64,000 nucleotides of DNA from Eledone cirrhosa (taxonomy: Eukaryota), in NCBI GenBank assembly GCA_964016885.1, contig OZ024742.1:261144001-261208000 (forward strand), written 5' to 3'. Of the stretch, positions 1 through 13,984 are shown piece by piece; positions within the stretch are counted from its first letter, which is position 1, and each line of letters starts with the position of its first letter. The position numbers and the translations under genes are program-made. The notes under the pieces are model-generated. The model did no database searches, was not told the origin of the DNA, and was given only the letters and a program-made list of their open reading frames with translations.

Positions 1-1100
1 CAGAGCACTGGCCACATATAAAATCTATGTTCTTAGTTAGCTTACCTGTGATCCCACTACATCTTTTATGCACCCATACTTTGCATTTGGGACATAAAAT
101 GGAGTTTCTACCTACTCCATTCCTACACACTGAGCATGGCCATTTCCCGGATGGGACCGGCGCCCTATTTTCCTTCCTACAAACTAGAACTTTAATCTTA
201 GACAGGTTAATTTTAAGGCCTTTTGATTCTAGGCCATGCTTCCATGTTTGGAGTTTCTTCTCTAGTTCGGCCATTGATTCAGCTATGAGCGTTAGATCAT
301 CTGCGTATAGGAGTTCCCATGGGCAGCCAGTCTTGAACTCCACTGTTATAGCCTGAAGGGCAATAATAAATAGTAGGGGGCTAAGAACGGAGCCCTGATG
401 AACACCAACTTTTACGCTAAACTCTTCACTATATTCGTTGTTAATTCTAACCTTGCTGACTGTTTCTTTATACATGGCTTGTATAGCTCTCACAAGCCAT
501 TCATCAACACCTAGTTTTCTAAGAGCCCACCAGATAATGGAACGGGGGACTCTGTCGAAGGCTTTCTCCAAGTCGACAAAAGCTAAGTATAGGGGTTTAC
601 TTTTAGCTAGGTACTTCTCCTACAGTTGTCGTACAATGAAAAGAGCGTCTGTGGTACTTTTACCTGACACAAACCCGAACTGCATTTCATCTAGATCAAT
701 TGTCTCTCTGATTAGTTGCGCTATTACTTTTTCTGTGACCTTCATGACCTGGTCGATTAATTTAATGCCTCTATAGTTACTCCTATCTATGGCATCTCCT
801 TTACCCTTGTAGCAGTTAATGATGATGCTGCTACGCCAGTCCTTCGGAACAACCCCATTCTGTATGACTTGGTTTACTATCCGGGTGATCATGGTGTGTC
901 CCACCGTTCCAGAAGCTTTCAGCATTTCAGCAACTATTTCCGAAGGCCCAGCCGCCTTACCCATCTTCATATCTTTGATTGCCTTACTTATTATACTACC
1001 TTCGACTAACACTGCTGGTCCCTCTATTGGGTCGATGTGGGGGAGGCTGTCTTTCTCCCATTTACTCTCCTCATTTAGTAGCCTTTCGTAGTGACACTTT
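1..1100 (-). mobile_element. RTE-clade LINE fragment (RT region, decayed, 5'-truncated; runs off window start)
   Basis: Minus-strand translation gives KAAGPSEI..PKDWRSSIIINCYKGKGDA..NYRGIKL..MQFGFVSGKSTTDALF..FVDLEKAFD..GVHQGSVLSP..LLYADDL, with an in-frame stop. Confidence 0.9.
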
Positions 1101-1790
1101 CTAATACTTGCTTATATTTCTTTATATATTCTCTATATATTTTTTTTATTTATATATATATATTTTTTTATCTTTATTCTTATTTTCACTTTTATCCTCC
1201 TTTATATTTTACCTTATTCTTACTTTTATATCTTATTATAGTGTAATCTTCCCCATGCCTTATTATACATTATTAATTATAGATTATTACTCTTTTTCCA
1301 TTTCTAATTACCTCATGTACTTTCTCCCCCGTTATATATATATTGTATGCCCTTTGTGTGTGTGTAGCCTCTGCACACCCTCTGCACCCTACTATCGACG
1401 CCACCCTATCTATGGCTCAACTAACCACTCGACTCCCGGGAATGAATATGACCACAGCTAGTAAACAAGGACCCACACCCCACCCTCCCGCACCAAAATT
1501 AGACTTATCGTCCCCTGCTTTTGCTCTTTACTCTCTTTACTCTTTTTTCTTGAATGTTTGGTTGGTAGAGTCCATAACACCAATCAAACCCCTTTTATAG
1601 CTCTGACGAATCTTATGGTTACGTAAGGAAGAAATATTGTAAGCCAATAAAAATCTTTTGATGTTGTAGACGCTCTTGTGTTCTTTATCATATATACGGC
1701 TCTGCTCCAAAGCATAGAGCTAATTATTATGCTGCCAATACCTTAATGGGACACGGGTATACAATACCTAACTCCTATTAACCTAAGTAT
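1101..1790 (+). mobile_element. PLE 3'-terminal (pseudo-LTR) fragment
   Basis: Hammerhead motif followed by AATAAA and a GCTCTGCT-N5-GCATAGAGC hairpin, the same layout as the Naiad terminus at 21406-21608; ends in (TA)n. Confidence 0.6.
1600..1644 (+). ncRNA. Minimal type I hammerhead ribozyme motif
   Basis: GCT-CTGACGA-stem II (TCTTATG/CGTAAGG)-GAAA-TATT-GTA-AGC; stem I GCT/AGC, GUA cleavage triplet. Confidence 0.65.
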
Positions 1791-1815
1791 ATATATGTAT
1801 ATATATGTATATATG

Positions 1816-1898
<83 letters not shown>

Positions 1899-1923
1899 GT
1901 ATATATATGTATATATATATATG

Positions 1924-1954
<31 letters not shown>

Positions 1955-1999
1955 GTATATATATATATGTATATATATATATATGTATATATATATATG

Positions 2000-2050
<51 letters not shown>

Positions 2051-2059
2051 GTATATATA

Positions 2060-2090
<31 letters not shown>

Positions 2091-2093
2091 GTG

Positions 2094-2124
<31 letters not shown>

Positions 2125-2125
2125 G

Positions 2126-2157
<32 letters not shown>

Positions 2158-2160
2158 TAT
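1789..2160. repeat. (TA)n microsatellite with TG interruptions
   Basis: Seen directly. Confidence 0.98.
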
Positions 2161-3437
<1,277 letters not shown>

Positions 3438-3502
3438 TATATTGACCGGTTAATACATTTTTCATACATCTATATTATTATATATTTGAAACCACGTGTT
3501 TT

Positions 3503-3960
3503 CGAACTTGTGAGTACATTTTCCTTTAACTACAAATTATTATTATATACTTTCGTCTTTTCATTAATTTCAAATAACCAGAATATACATATATATATAT
3601 ATATATATACTCATATTTATATATATACGCTTCTCACTCACACACAAGAAAAACAAAAAACAAAAATAAATTTAAAAAAAATATATATATATTGAAATAC
3701 TTAACTAAAACACACACACACGAACTTGTGAGTACATTTTCCTTTAACTACAAATTATTATTATATACTTTCGTCTTTTCATTAACTTAATTAATTTCAA
3801 ATAACCAGAATATACATATATATATATATATATACTCATATTTATATATATACGCTTCTCACTCACACACAAGAAAAACAAAAAACAAAAATAAATCAAA
3901 AATAAATTTAAAAAAAAAAAATATATATATATTGAAATACTTAACTAAAACACACACACA
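3503..3960 (+). repeat. Tandem duplication (about 220-240 bp x2) in the LINE 5'UTR
   Basis: Both copies begin CGAACTTGTGAGTACATTTTCC (3503, 3721) and end ACTTAACTAAAACACACACACA. Confidence 0.95.
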
Positions 3961-3972
3961 CTCAAAACTAGA

Positions 3973-5148
3973 ATGGCTAACCAGCAAAAATCCAAACAGA
4001 ACTGGTCTGATAATGAAATCGACATTCTAATAAACACATGGCATTGCCTTTCCCAAACAGAAAATATAGATGCTTCATCTCTGAACGACATTGCTAAACG
4101 TACAGTTCAATTTTTGAAAACTCGATCTGAACAACAGATTCAAAATAAATTAAAGCAAATCGAAATTGCTTTTAAATTAATCAATAAACATTTGGATAAA
4201 CTACGGTGTGTTTTCTCTTCGAATGCTGTCCAGCAGCAGCAACAACAACAACAGCAGCTACAACAGCAACAACAACAACAACAGCAGCTACAACAGCAAC
4301 AACAACAACATCAACAACAGCTACAACAACAACATCAACAACAGCAACAACAACAGTGTGAACCACTCCTTGATTCATCAACAATGGCCGATCTACTAAA
4401 TGAAACTATTGACCCCCCAGTAGCCTCTGTCTCACAGCATGAAACGCCACATCCTTTCTCTGGCCCAGCAGTCCAATCATCACCACTGCCAACATCTCTG
4501 CCTACTACTACTACTACTACTACAACATTTTTGTCTACTGCTATGTCAAGGAATTTACCTTCTAATACCAGAACAAGAACTCTCCCTCCCACAGTCCACA
4601 AAGGTCGTCAAATCCTACCCAAACCATCATCTACACCTCTCACAACACCCACACCCATATACCCACCCACTCGAAACCCCATCATTTGCCGCTACTCTCT
4701 ACGCTATAGAATATGTACGGATAGTGGCTGCAAATTCACCCATTTACCTAGGACAAAACGATCTATCCCCACAAACAGCCACCACCATAATACATACTCT
4801 AATTTAACACCAACACAACCACCAATAACTCAAACAAGGAATCCACAAATCTGCCGTTTTTCCCTGCGAGACAGATTGTGTTTAGACCGGGATTGTCCCT
4901 TTACCCATCTCCCGGGGACCCGTCGGATAAATGAAAATAAAATTAAAAATAAAAGCAAAAACAAAAACCATAACCTACATAAAAATAACCACTACCACAG
5001 TCACCAACAGTCTTCTAAACAGGAAACTTCTTCCTCTTTTTTAGCCATAATGAATCTGGCAAAAGAACTGGAAAAAAACATTCGAGCTATCACCCAGCAC
5101 CACCCTCCACTATCACCCCACTGCACAAACTCCCATTGCTGCCATTAA
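3973..5148 (+). CDS. LINE ORF1: Myb/SANT-like N-terminus, polyQ, T/P-rich linker, two CCCH zinc fingers
   Basis: 391-aa ATG ORF: NWSDNEIDILINTW..RSEQQIQNKLKQI; CRYSLRYRICTDSGCKFTH and CRFSLRDRLCLDRDCPFTH (C-x8-C-x4-C-x3-H). Confidence 0.85.
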   Translation: MANQQKSKQNWSDNEIDILINTWHCLSQTENIDASSLNDIAKRTVQFLKTRSEQQIQNKLKQIEIAFKLINKHLDKLRCVFSSNAVQQQQQQQQQLQQQQQQQQQLQQQQQQHQQQLQQQHQQQQQQQCEPLLDSSTMADLLNETIDPPVASVSQHETPHPFSGPAVQSSPLPTSLPTTTTTTTTFLSTAMSRNLPSNTRTRTLPPTVHKGRQILPKPSSTPLTTPTPIYPPTRNPIICRYSLRYRICTDSGCKFTHLPRTKRSIPTNSHHHNTYSNLTPTQPPITQTRNPQICRFSLRDRLCLDRDCPFTHLPGTRRINENKIKNKSKNKNHNLHKNNHYHSHQQSSKQETSSSFLAIMNLAKELEKNIRAITQHHPPLSPHCTNSHCCH

Positions 5149-8100
5149 CAAACAAACAAATTAACAACACACCAAAACAATTAAAACCATCCACTCTCGC
5201 CTCTACATTTTTGCTTAACGCCCAAGGCATCAGCCCTTCCACCAATACTCAAAAATGGAAGATCAAATTCCTGGAGGACTGGATTGATGTCCATCCAAAC
5301 CACATCCCTTTCTTCGTCCTCACTGAAACCCATCTCAGTAACCTCCACTTGGAAGCCGAGGTGAAAGTGAAAAATTTCAAAGCCATCCGTGCTGATCGCG
5401 CTGGCAGAAGAAAGGGCGGAACTGCCATTTATGTCCATAATTCTTTCTCAACAGAGGCTATGAACATATTCACTAATGGATACTGTGAGGCAGTCACTGT
5501 ATTCAGTCAAACCAACAACCTATTAGTAGTTGGGCTCTATAGGCCACCCCAAACGCCTGTACCATGCTTCAAGGAATGCCTCAACAGCATAAAGTGTTTC
5601 ATCCAAGAGTGTCACCCTGACAACATCTTAATGATGGGGGACTTCAACCTCCCCGGAGTTGACTGGTCCACAAACACCCTGCCACCAGGTTCTTCTGCCT
5701 CAACCTCTGACAGGGAAGCTGTGGAATCGCTTCTTGACTTCATGGATGATTTCTTCCTATCCCAACTAGTGCTCGAACCAACGAGGTGCCACAAAAACGT
5801 CCTAGACTTAATTTTCAGCAATCACACTGACAATATCCACAATATTGCAGTGGAGAAAACTCTACTCTCTGATCATGACATGGTTCTCTGTGATCTGAGA
5901 TTCCACCGTCCAATATACAAACCCAATGTCATTTCTCCTGTCCATCCGTTTGACGCTATGGATTTCCACAATGCAAACTGGGAAGCGATCAGTCATGATC
6001 TTGCACATGTCGACTGGTCCTTCACGCACACTCATACACCCACTAACATCAAAAAGTCCTGGCAGACATTTGTGGACACTGTTACAAACATATGTGCTAA
6101 ACACACCCCATTAAGAACTATAAACAAATCTAAGAGCAGAATCCCTAGAAATAGAAAAACGCTCATCAGAAAAATTAAGAGAACGAACAAAAAAATCAAC
6201 AATCTGAAATACTGTCAGCAGCAACACATCAACTTGACTGCCATTTCATCACTAGAGATTAAAAAACATAACCTCCAAAACAACATAATGTCCCTCATCA
6301 ACAATCAGAGAAGAGCTGAAGAGGCCTGGGCCATTGAGAAGATCAAACTCAATCCCAAAGTGTTCTTTTCATTTGCAAAAAAACACAAAATCACTGGCTC
6401 TACTGTTGGCCCTCTAATTGATGAAAATGGCACTCTTCAAGACAATGCTAAAACCATGGGTGAGATACTGCAGAAACAATACTGCTCTGTTTTCAGCAAT
6501 CCTGATATGGCCGATCTGGGCTGTATCGGCGATGTTACTCCCCATTACACCTTATCGGACATAACGTTTGGCGCCCCTGATGTCTTGGCGGCAATAAAGG
6601 AAATCAAGCATAATTCAGCAGTAGGTCCCGATAGGTTCCCTGCTTGTGTCTTGAAGGCGTGTCAACACCAACTTGCTTCTCCTCTTGCCAATCTGTGGCG
6701 GAACTCACTGGATGCTGGATATGTGCCAGAAAACCTTCTATCCCAGTCTGTTGTCCCAGTTTTCAAAAAGGGAAACAAATCCCTTGCCGTGAATTACCGT
6801 CCAATCTCACTCACCTCTCATATCATTAAGGTATTTGAGCGAGTGGTGAGATCGCGAATGACCCACTTCCTTGAGAGTAACAATATGCTGAACTCCAACC
6901 AGCATGGATTCCGTAATGGAAGGGATTGCCTGACGCAACTACTGCATCACTTTGATGACATTTTGAGAGCCTTGGGAGAGGGTTCCAACACTGATGTTAT
7001 CTACCTTGATTTCAGCAAGGCCTTTGACAGGGTTGATCATAACATTCTACTGAGAAAGCTGTCCAATATTGGTGTCACTGGAAAGCTGCTGCAGTGGATC
7101 AAGAGCTTCCTGTCAAACAGAACCCAACATGTTGTAGTTGAGGGAGTCAAATCAAGCCCAGCCAAAGTCAGTAGTGGAGTCCCACAAGGCACTGTGTTGG
7201 GCCCACTTCTCTTCATCATCTATATTAATGACATCACTGACATCATCAAACACAGCAACATTAAAATTTTCGCTGATGATTCCAAGCTCCAAAAGGTCAT
7301 CAATGGCGTGGATGACCGGATAAGCCTTCAGTCAGACCTACTGGCTGTTACCCAATGGGCAGAAAAGAACAACATGTTACTGAACGAAGACAAATTCGAA
7401 CTGATCCACTTTGGAAAAGAGGATGCTCTGAAACTCCCGTACTCCCTTCCCTCCGGGGAAACTCTCGTGGCATCTAACAACATCAGAGACTTGGGAGTAA
7501 CCGTGGACAGCAACATAAGCTGGACCACGCATATAAGCAGCAAAGTTGACATGGCCCGCAGAATGTGTTCCTGGATCCTCAGAACCTTCCAGTCGAGAGA
7601 TTCCCGCACCATTATCCTTCTCTTCTCTACTTTCGCCCGACCACACCTTGAATACTGTTGTCCACTGTGGTCTCCCCACACGAAACAAAGTATCATGAAA
7701 CTTGAAGCTCCTCAAAGGGCAATCACGAAAAAGATAGATGGCATGTCAGACCTTGACTACTGGGGTCGATTGGAAAACCTGAAACTTTACTCACTCCAAC
7801 GTCGCCGTGAGCGTTATATTATCTGCGTGATGTGGAAAATGTTCCATCATCACTGCCCAAATGATGTTGGCATCGCCTTCAAGATACACCCAAGGCTTGG
7901 GCCCCGTGCTATCCGTCCCATTCAAAAATCTAAATCGCAACTCATAACAACAATACGGCACAATTATTTCACCTCAATCGGCCCTGCTCTCTTCAACATC
8001 ACACCAGGACACGTCAAAACAGAAACTGACCACACAAAATTCAAGAAGTCTTTGGACAAATTCCTCCAAGTAATCCCGGACAAACCACCCACACCCGGAT

Positions 8101-8156
8101 ATGTCTCCGCAAACAGTAATTCTCTTCTCGAATGGGCCATGGTGCCCAAATCCTGA
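5136..8156 (+). CDS. LINE ORF2: AP endonuclease + reverse transcriptase (frame open from 5019; true start uncertain)
   Basis: APE motifs LLNAQG, LTETH, GLYRPP, MGDFNLP, LDLIF, SDHD; RT motifs [41 protein letters not shown]; C-terminal [10 protein letters not shown]. Confidence 0.95.
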   Translation: MLPLTNKQINNTPKQLKPSTLASTFLLNAQGISPSTNTQKWKIKFLEDWIDVHPNHIPFFVLTETHLSNLHLEAEVKVKNFKAIRADRAGRRKGGTAIYVHNSFSTEAMNIFTNGYCEAVTVFSQTNNLLVVGLYRPPQTPVPCFKECLNSIKCFIQECHPDNILMMGDFNLPGVDWSTNTLPPGSSASTSDREAVESLLDFMDDFFLSQLVLEPTRCHKNVLDLIFSNHTDNIHNIAVEKTLLSDHDMVLCDLRFHRPIYKPNVISPVHPFDAMDFHNANWEAISHDLAHVDWSFTHTHTPTNIKKSWQTFVDTVTNICAKHTPLRTINKSKSRIPRNRKTLIRKIKRTNKKINNLKYCQQQHINLTAISSLEIKKHNLQNNIMSLINNQRRAEEAWAIEKIKLNPKVFFSFAKKHKITGSTVGPLIDENGTLQDNAKTMGEILQKQYCSVFSNPDMADLGCIGDVTPHYTLSDITFGAPDVLAAIKEIKHNSAVGPDRFPACVLKACQHQLASPLANLWRNSLDAGYVPENLLSQSVVPVFKKGNKSLAVNYRPISLTSHIIKVFERVVRSRMTHFLESNNMLNSNQHGFRNGRDCLTQLLHHFDDILRALGEGSNTDVIYLDFSKAFDRVDHNILLRKLSNIGVTGKLLQWIKSFLSNRTQHVVVEGVKSSPAKVSSGVPQGTVLGPLLFIIYINDITDIIKHSNIKIFADDSKLQKVINGVDDRISLQSDLLAVTQWAEKNNMLLNEDKFELIHFGKEDALKLPYSLPSGETLVASNNIRDLGVTVDSNISWTTHISSKVDMARRMCSWILRTFQSRDSRTIILLFSTFARPHLEYCCPLWSPHTKQSIMKLEAPQRAITKKIDGMSDLDYWGRLENLKLYSLQRRRERYIICVMWKMFHHHCPNDVGIAFKIHPRLGPRAIRPIQKSKSQLITTIRHNYFTSIGPALFNITPGHVKTETDHTKFKKSLDKFLQVIPDKPPTPGYVSANSNSLLEWAMVPKS

Positions 8157-8242
8157 ATTGAAAGACTTCGCCAGGTGGTGCTATTAAGTTAGACATGGCC
8201 TGGGCCAATACTGGCCAAAACATTTCAAAGTTATTCAAAGTT

Positions 8243-8283
8243 ATATATATATGTATATATATATATATGTGTATATATATATG

Positions 8284-8340
<57 letters not shown>

Positions 8341-8353
8341 GTATATATATATG

Positions 8354-8388
<35 letters not shown>

Positions 8389-8429
8389 GTATATGTATAT
8401 ATATATGTATATATATATGTATATATATG

Positions 8430-8460
<31 letters not shown>

Positions 8461-8595
8461 GTATATATGTATATATATATGTATATATATATGTATATGT
8501 ATATATGTATATATATATATATGTATATATATATATGTATATATGTATATATATATATGTATATATATATATGTATATATATATATATGTATATG

Positions 8596-8648
<53 letters not shown>

Positions 8649-8733
8649 GTATATGTATATATATATATATGTATTTATATATATGTATATGTATATATAT
8701 ATATGTATATATATATGTATATATATATAGATG

Positions 8734-8764
<31 letters not shown>

Positions 8765-8833
8765 GTATATATATATATATGTATATATATATATGTATAT
8801 ATATATATATGTATATATATATATGTATATACG

Positions 8834-8864
<31 letters not shown>

Positions 8865-8940
8865 GTATATACGTATATATATATATATGTATATATATAT
8901 ATGTATATACGTATATATATATATATGTATATATATATAT
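8243..8940. repeat. (TA)n/(TATG)n microsatellite
   Basis: Seen directly. Confidence 0.98.
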
Positions 8941-10390
8941 TGTTATACTTGGGGAGGGTCATATTTGCGTAATATTGCCAGAATTAATAACAGAACACAC
9001 TCACTGTTTGGTTGGTTTTCGCTTCTCGCTGTCTTTTATTATATCTGCGATCTAACTTACTCGGTCCTCAATGTTGCCATTGACTGACCGGCGGTCAAAA
9101 ATAATACAGATACAATATAGACACAAACACATATATATATATATAGTTTACATAATTTACATAAATCTTTCGTTGCACATCTGCAGCATCGTCAGTGGTG
9201 TTATATTCATTGTTCCTCCTGTTGTGTTGTATGTCTACGCCATTTTTTATTCAGTCTGTCTATATATTTATTTGCTTGTTTGTTTATCTTATTTTATTTT
9301 GTCTTCTTTGCGCATGCGTTTGCGTGTGTGTATAGTGTTATGTGTGATGTGTGACTAGTGTGTATAGTGTTGTGTCTGCTGGGTGACTAGTGTGTGTTTA
9401 TGTGCTTGTTGTTATTGTGCTTGTGTATGTATTTATTTATCTTATTTTATTTAATTTTATTTACTTATTTATACTTCTCTTAGGTCAGTGTTGTTTGTTT
9501 GGGTGTTGTTGTTGTTCCACTCATTCTTTCTGTTTAGCTTTGGTTTTCTAATTTCTATTTCACTGGCCTCTCTGATTTGCCTATCTGCTGGGTCATTCCT
9601 ATGTTTAGATATTATTCTAATTTCTATGTTGTCTATGTTACCGTCATGTTGTTGTCTAGCATGTTCGTATAGTACTGACCCGTTTTTTCGTCCTTTTAGT
9701 TCCCCCCAGTGTTGGTCTATCCTTTCACCTATGCTACGAGCTGTCTCACCTATGTATGTTGTTGTCATGTTTCAGCACGTACCCTCTGTACATCTTATGC
9801 TATAGACTACGTTTCTAGTTTTACAGTTTATCCGGGTGTTCACCTTACATATGATACACTTCCTATTGGTACAGTGGGTTTTCTTAAAAGGGTAGGTTTT
9901 GCTGATCAGGGATTTTATGGTGGTTCCTGGCTTTTCTACCACCTTTATTTTTAAGTGGGTCTTTCTCAGGGCCTTTCTACACTGGTTAGCTAATTTCCCT
10001 CCAGGGGTGGCGTCCACAAACATGACACTCTGATATCTCTGGTTGTCGTACCATGATGTGGCCTTCCCTATCTTATGTCTAGCCCTATCTAAGCTATTCC
10101 ATGATTTGCTCCTGTATAGTGGGCAGATTCCTTTCATGTCCAGTTCTATGAGGGTCTTATACTTTTCCATGGCTCCTTCGTATACTCTGACTCTGTCTCT
10201 TTGGTTGTAGCCAGAGAACTGCATGCGGTTGATGAAGTGTTGGATGTGTCCTTCCATTTCTGTTGGGTCGCACATGCTGGACACATTCTTCATCACTCGT
10301 ACCAAATCTGCGATCAGAATATTAAACTTAGCACTACTGGACATTGCTGAGTTTTTGAGTATCAGGTATTTGGAGGCCATGGGTTTAGCA
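8939..10390 (-). mobile_element. Penelope-like element, 5'-truncated; near-identical inverted sibling of 2221-3316
   Basis: ORFs 9772-10380 (RT thumb/linker) and 9469-9768 (GIY-YIG) split by one TGA; reverse-complement match to the left copy. Confidence 0.9.
9160..9200 (-). ncRNA. Hammerhead ribozyme motif (copy of 3064-3105)
   Basis: Reverse complement CTGACGA-TGCTGCAGATGTGCAAC-GAAA. Confidence 0.55.
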
Positions 10391-10393
10391 TAG

Positions 10394-11561
<1,168 letters not shown>

Positions 11562-12199
11562 TTATTCAAAATATTTCAAAGGTACCATGTTGTTTTTTCA
11601 GTACGTCTTCATCAGATAAAATATATGATTTGATATATGGCATACCGCTACGGTCTTGATTATACAATTCCAATATTGGCAGTGATTTATTTCATCAAAT
11701 CTCAATGTTTATATACCACAAATAATATGATAACTTAAAGAAGAAAAGGACGTAGAGCAAATTAGAGATATGAGAGAGGGTGTAAAGAAGAGGAAAGGCC
11801 AGGCAAGAAAAAAAAAATGCATACATAAATACATACATAAATAGATAAATGAATAAAAAATAAAAGGGTGAATGAGTAAAAGAAATATATAAAAAAGAAA
11901 AGAGGAATAACGACAAAAGAGGGAAGGTGTAAGGAAAGGAAAGGGAACAGAGGGGGGGGGGGTGTAAAGAAAATAAAGGAAACATCAAATAGAGGGGGTT
12001 ATAGAAAAAACCGTTGTTTTCAAATAGTGGATCATCCAATCAATTCAACTAAACAATTGAATATCTTTAGTATTTGATTATGCATAATAAGTTAAATTAA
12101 ATTATATAAATTTTTAATTAAACTATATATACTGATTAATTTTTATATAATATATAAGTATAATTAGCTAAGGCATAATCAAATACTAAAGATATACAG

Positions 12200-13075
12200 T
12201 TCTGGGTCAAGCGGAGACCGAGGAAGAGTACTTGGAAACTGGAATGCGTTCAAGCGCTTACAGCCTTTCAACAATATTTGGGCAATATGTTTGGTGGTAA
12301 CTCTACCTTGGCGTTCCATAGAGAGTTAGTGGCTGATAAAAGCGACGATGTGCTTAGAGAAACTCTAGACGTTGACAAATATCAACTAGCCACTCTTTTC
12401 GGAAGGACTTTCGATGCAGGGCCCATGGATAATTTCCAGAAATCCTTGGCCCGACAGTGCTACCAAGGAGCTTTGCCAGTTTGAGATACACTACAGACGT
12501 GCCATTAGCTAGGCCTGTCTGAGATGCACACAGGGTGACAAAACCATCCTGCACGCAATCGTCCAGTGTCCGAGCATTGCTACTTGTGGGTTTATGTTGA
12601 ACAATTGCTGTCACATGTAGGACAAATTCAGTTATCAAATGAATCCATTGTGAAGATGTTCTGCCACCTTCTGCAAGAAGGGCAGGCCATTTTTATATGT
12701 CTTGTGGCCATGGCAAAAAAGGTTGTATGGTGGACACACTTGAAAGGTTTGAAGACGAGCACTTTCCTCTTTGGAGAAGCCCTAATTAACTTCAAGTTCC
12801 ACTTGAGGAGGAAAATCAGGGTAGAGAAAGAAATGCTGCCTTCAAAGCAATTTGTTGAAAGGTGGGGGAGAGAAGCGAGCCTGGCCCAAGTGAATGGGCC
12901 TGCTCTGAGTGTGAGCCTGTAGAATGGAGGAGTACAACTGGTACAGGGCACTTACCCTAAAGATCAGGGTATCCATTGTTTTATGGGATTTTTTTCCATG
13001 AATGACCCACGAATGTCTCCTCTCTATTGAGGAATCTTCTTTGTTTTAATTTTATTGCTACCTTTTTTTTTTTTA
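12200..13075 (+). mobile_element. Tx1/L1-clade LINE 3' fragment (C-terminal zinc-binding region, decayed)
   Basis: Pieces read QKSLARQCYQGALPV, CLRC..GDKTILHAIVQCPS, LWVYVEQLL..AMAKKVVWW..FVERW, resembling the L1/Tx1 zf-RVT tail. Confidence 0.65.
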
Positions 13076-13469
13076 ACATTGTTAAAATTTGTTTACATGA
13101 TAAACCCACACACCAACACACGCACTCTGTTTTTATTATGTACTGTCATAATGTTTTTCTTCATGTAAACCCTTTATGGTTAATAAAGAAATATTTATAT
13201 TGGTAGAGGGTCGGACGCCATGCTTTGCAGCATAGAGTTTCCCAAAAAAAATTGCTGGCCTTGTGCCTATATAAGAAACCATTATTATTATTTGATATAC
13301 ATACCTTGTGCCTAAATCAGAAACCATTATTATTCCATATACTTTTTGTTTGCAGGATGGCAAGGATAAACGTTTCCTCCTGGATAAACTGAAGAGATAC
13401 AGAAATATTTCAAGACTTTAATTTCCAGGAATATCTACGGCTTTGTTTTTCTTTTCCATTTTTATTGAC

Positions 13470-13503
<34 letters not shown>

Positions 13504-13548
13504 ATACATATATGTATATATATATATACATATATATATACATATAAG

Positions 13549-13580
<32 letters not shown>

Positions 13581-13721
13581 CATATATGTATATATATATA
13601 CATATATATATATATATTTATATATATATATATATATATATTTTTATATATATATATATATACATATATGTATATATATACATATATGTATATATATATA
13701 TATATACATATATGTATATAT

Positions 13722-13753
<32 letters not shown>

Positions 13754-13920
13754 TTTTATATATATATATATATATACATATATGTATATATATATATACA
13801 TATATGTATATATATATATAAAAATATATATATATATATATATATTTTTATATATATATATATATATACATATATGTATATATATATATATATATGTATA
13901 TATAAATATATATATATATG

Positions 13921-13968
<48 letters not shown>

Positions 13969-13984
13969 CATATATGTATATATA
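13470..13984. repeat. (TA)n microsatellite with CA/TG interruptions
   Basis: Seen directly. Confidence 0.98.

Larger units (their letters stand above)
3443..8242 (+). mobile_element. Apparently full-length, intact CR1-group (CR1/L2 superclade) LINE inserted in (TA)n
   Basis: 5'UTR, ORF1, uninterrupted APE-RT ORF2, short 3'UTR ending in a (TTCAAAGTTA)2 tail; (TA)n on both sides, so no TSD is readable. Confidence 0.92.

Noticed and set aside
9772-9774. In-frame TGA in the PLE ORF as selenocysteine or readthrough
   Set aside because: The sibling copy has AGA (Arg) here, so this is an ordinary nonsense mutation
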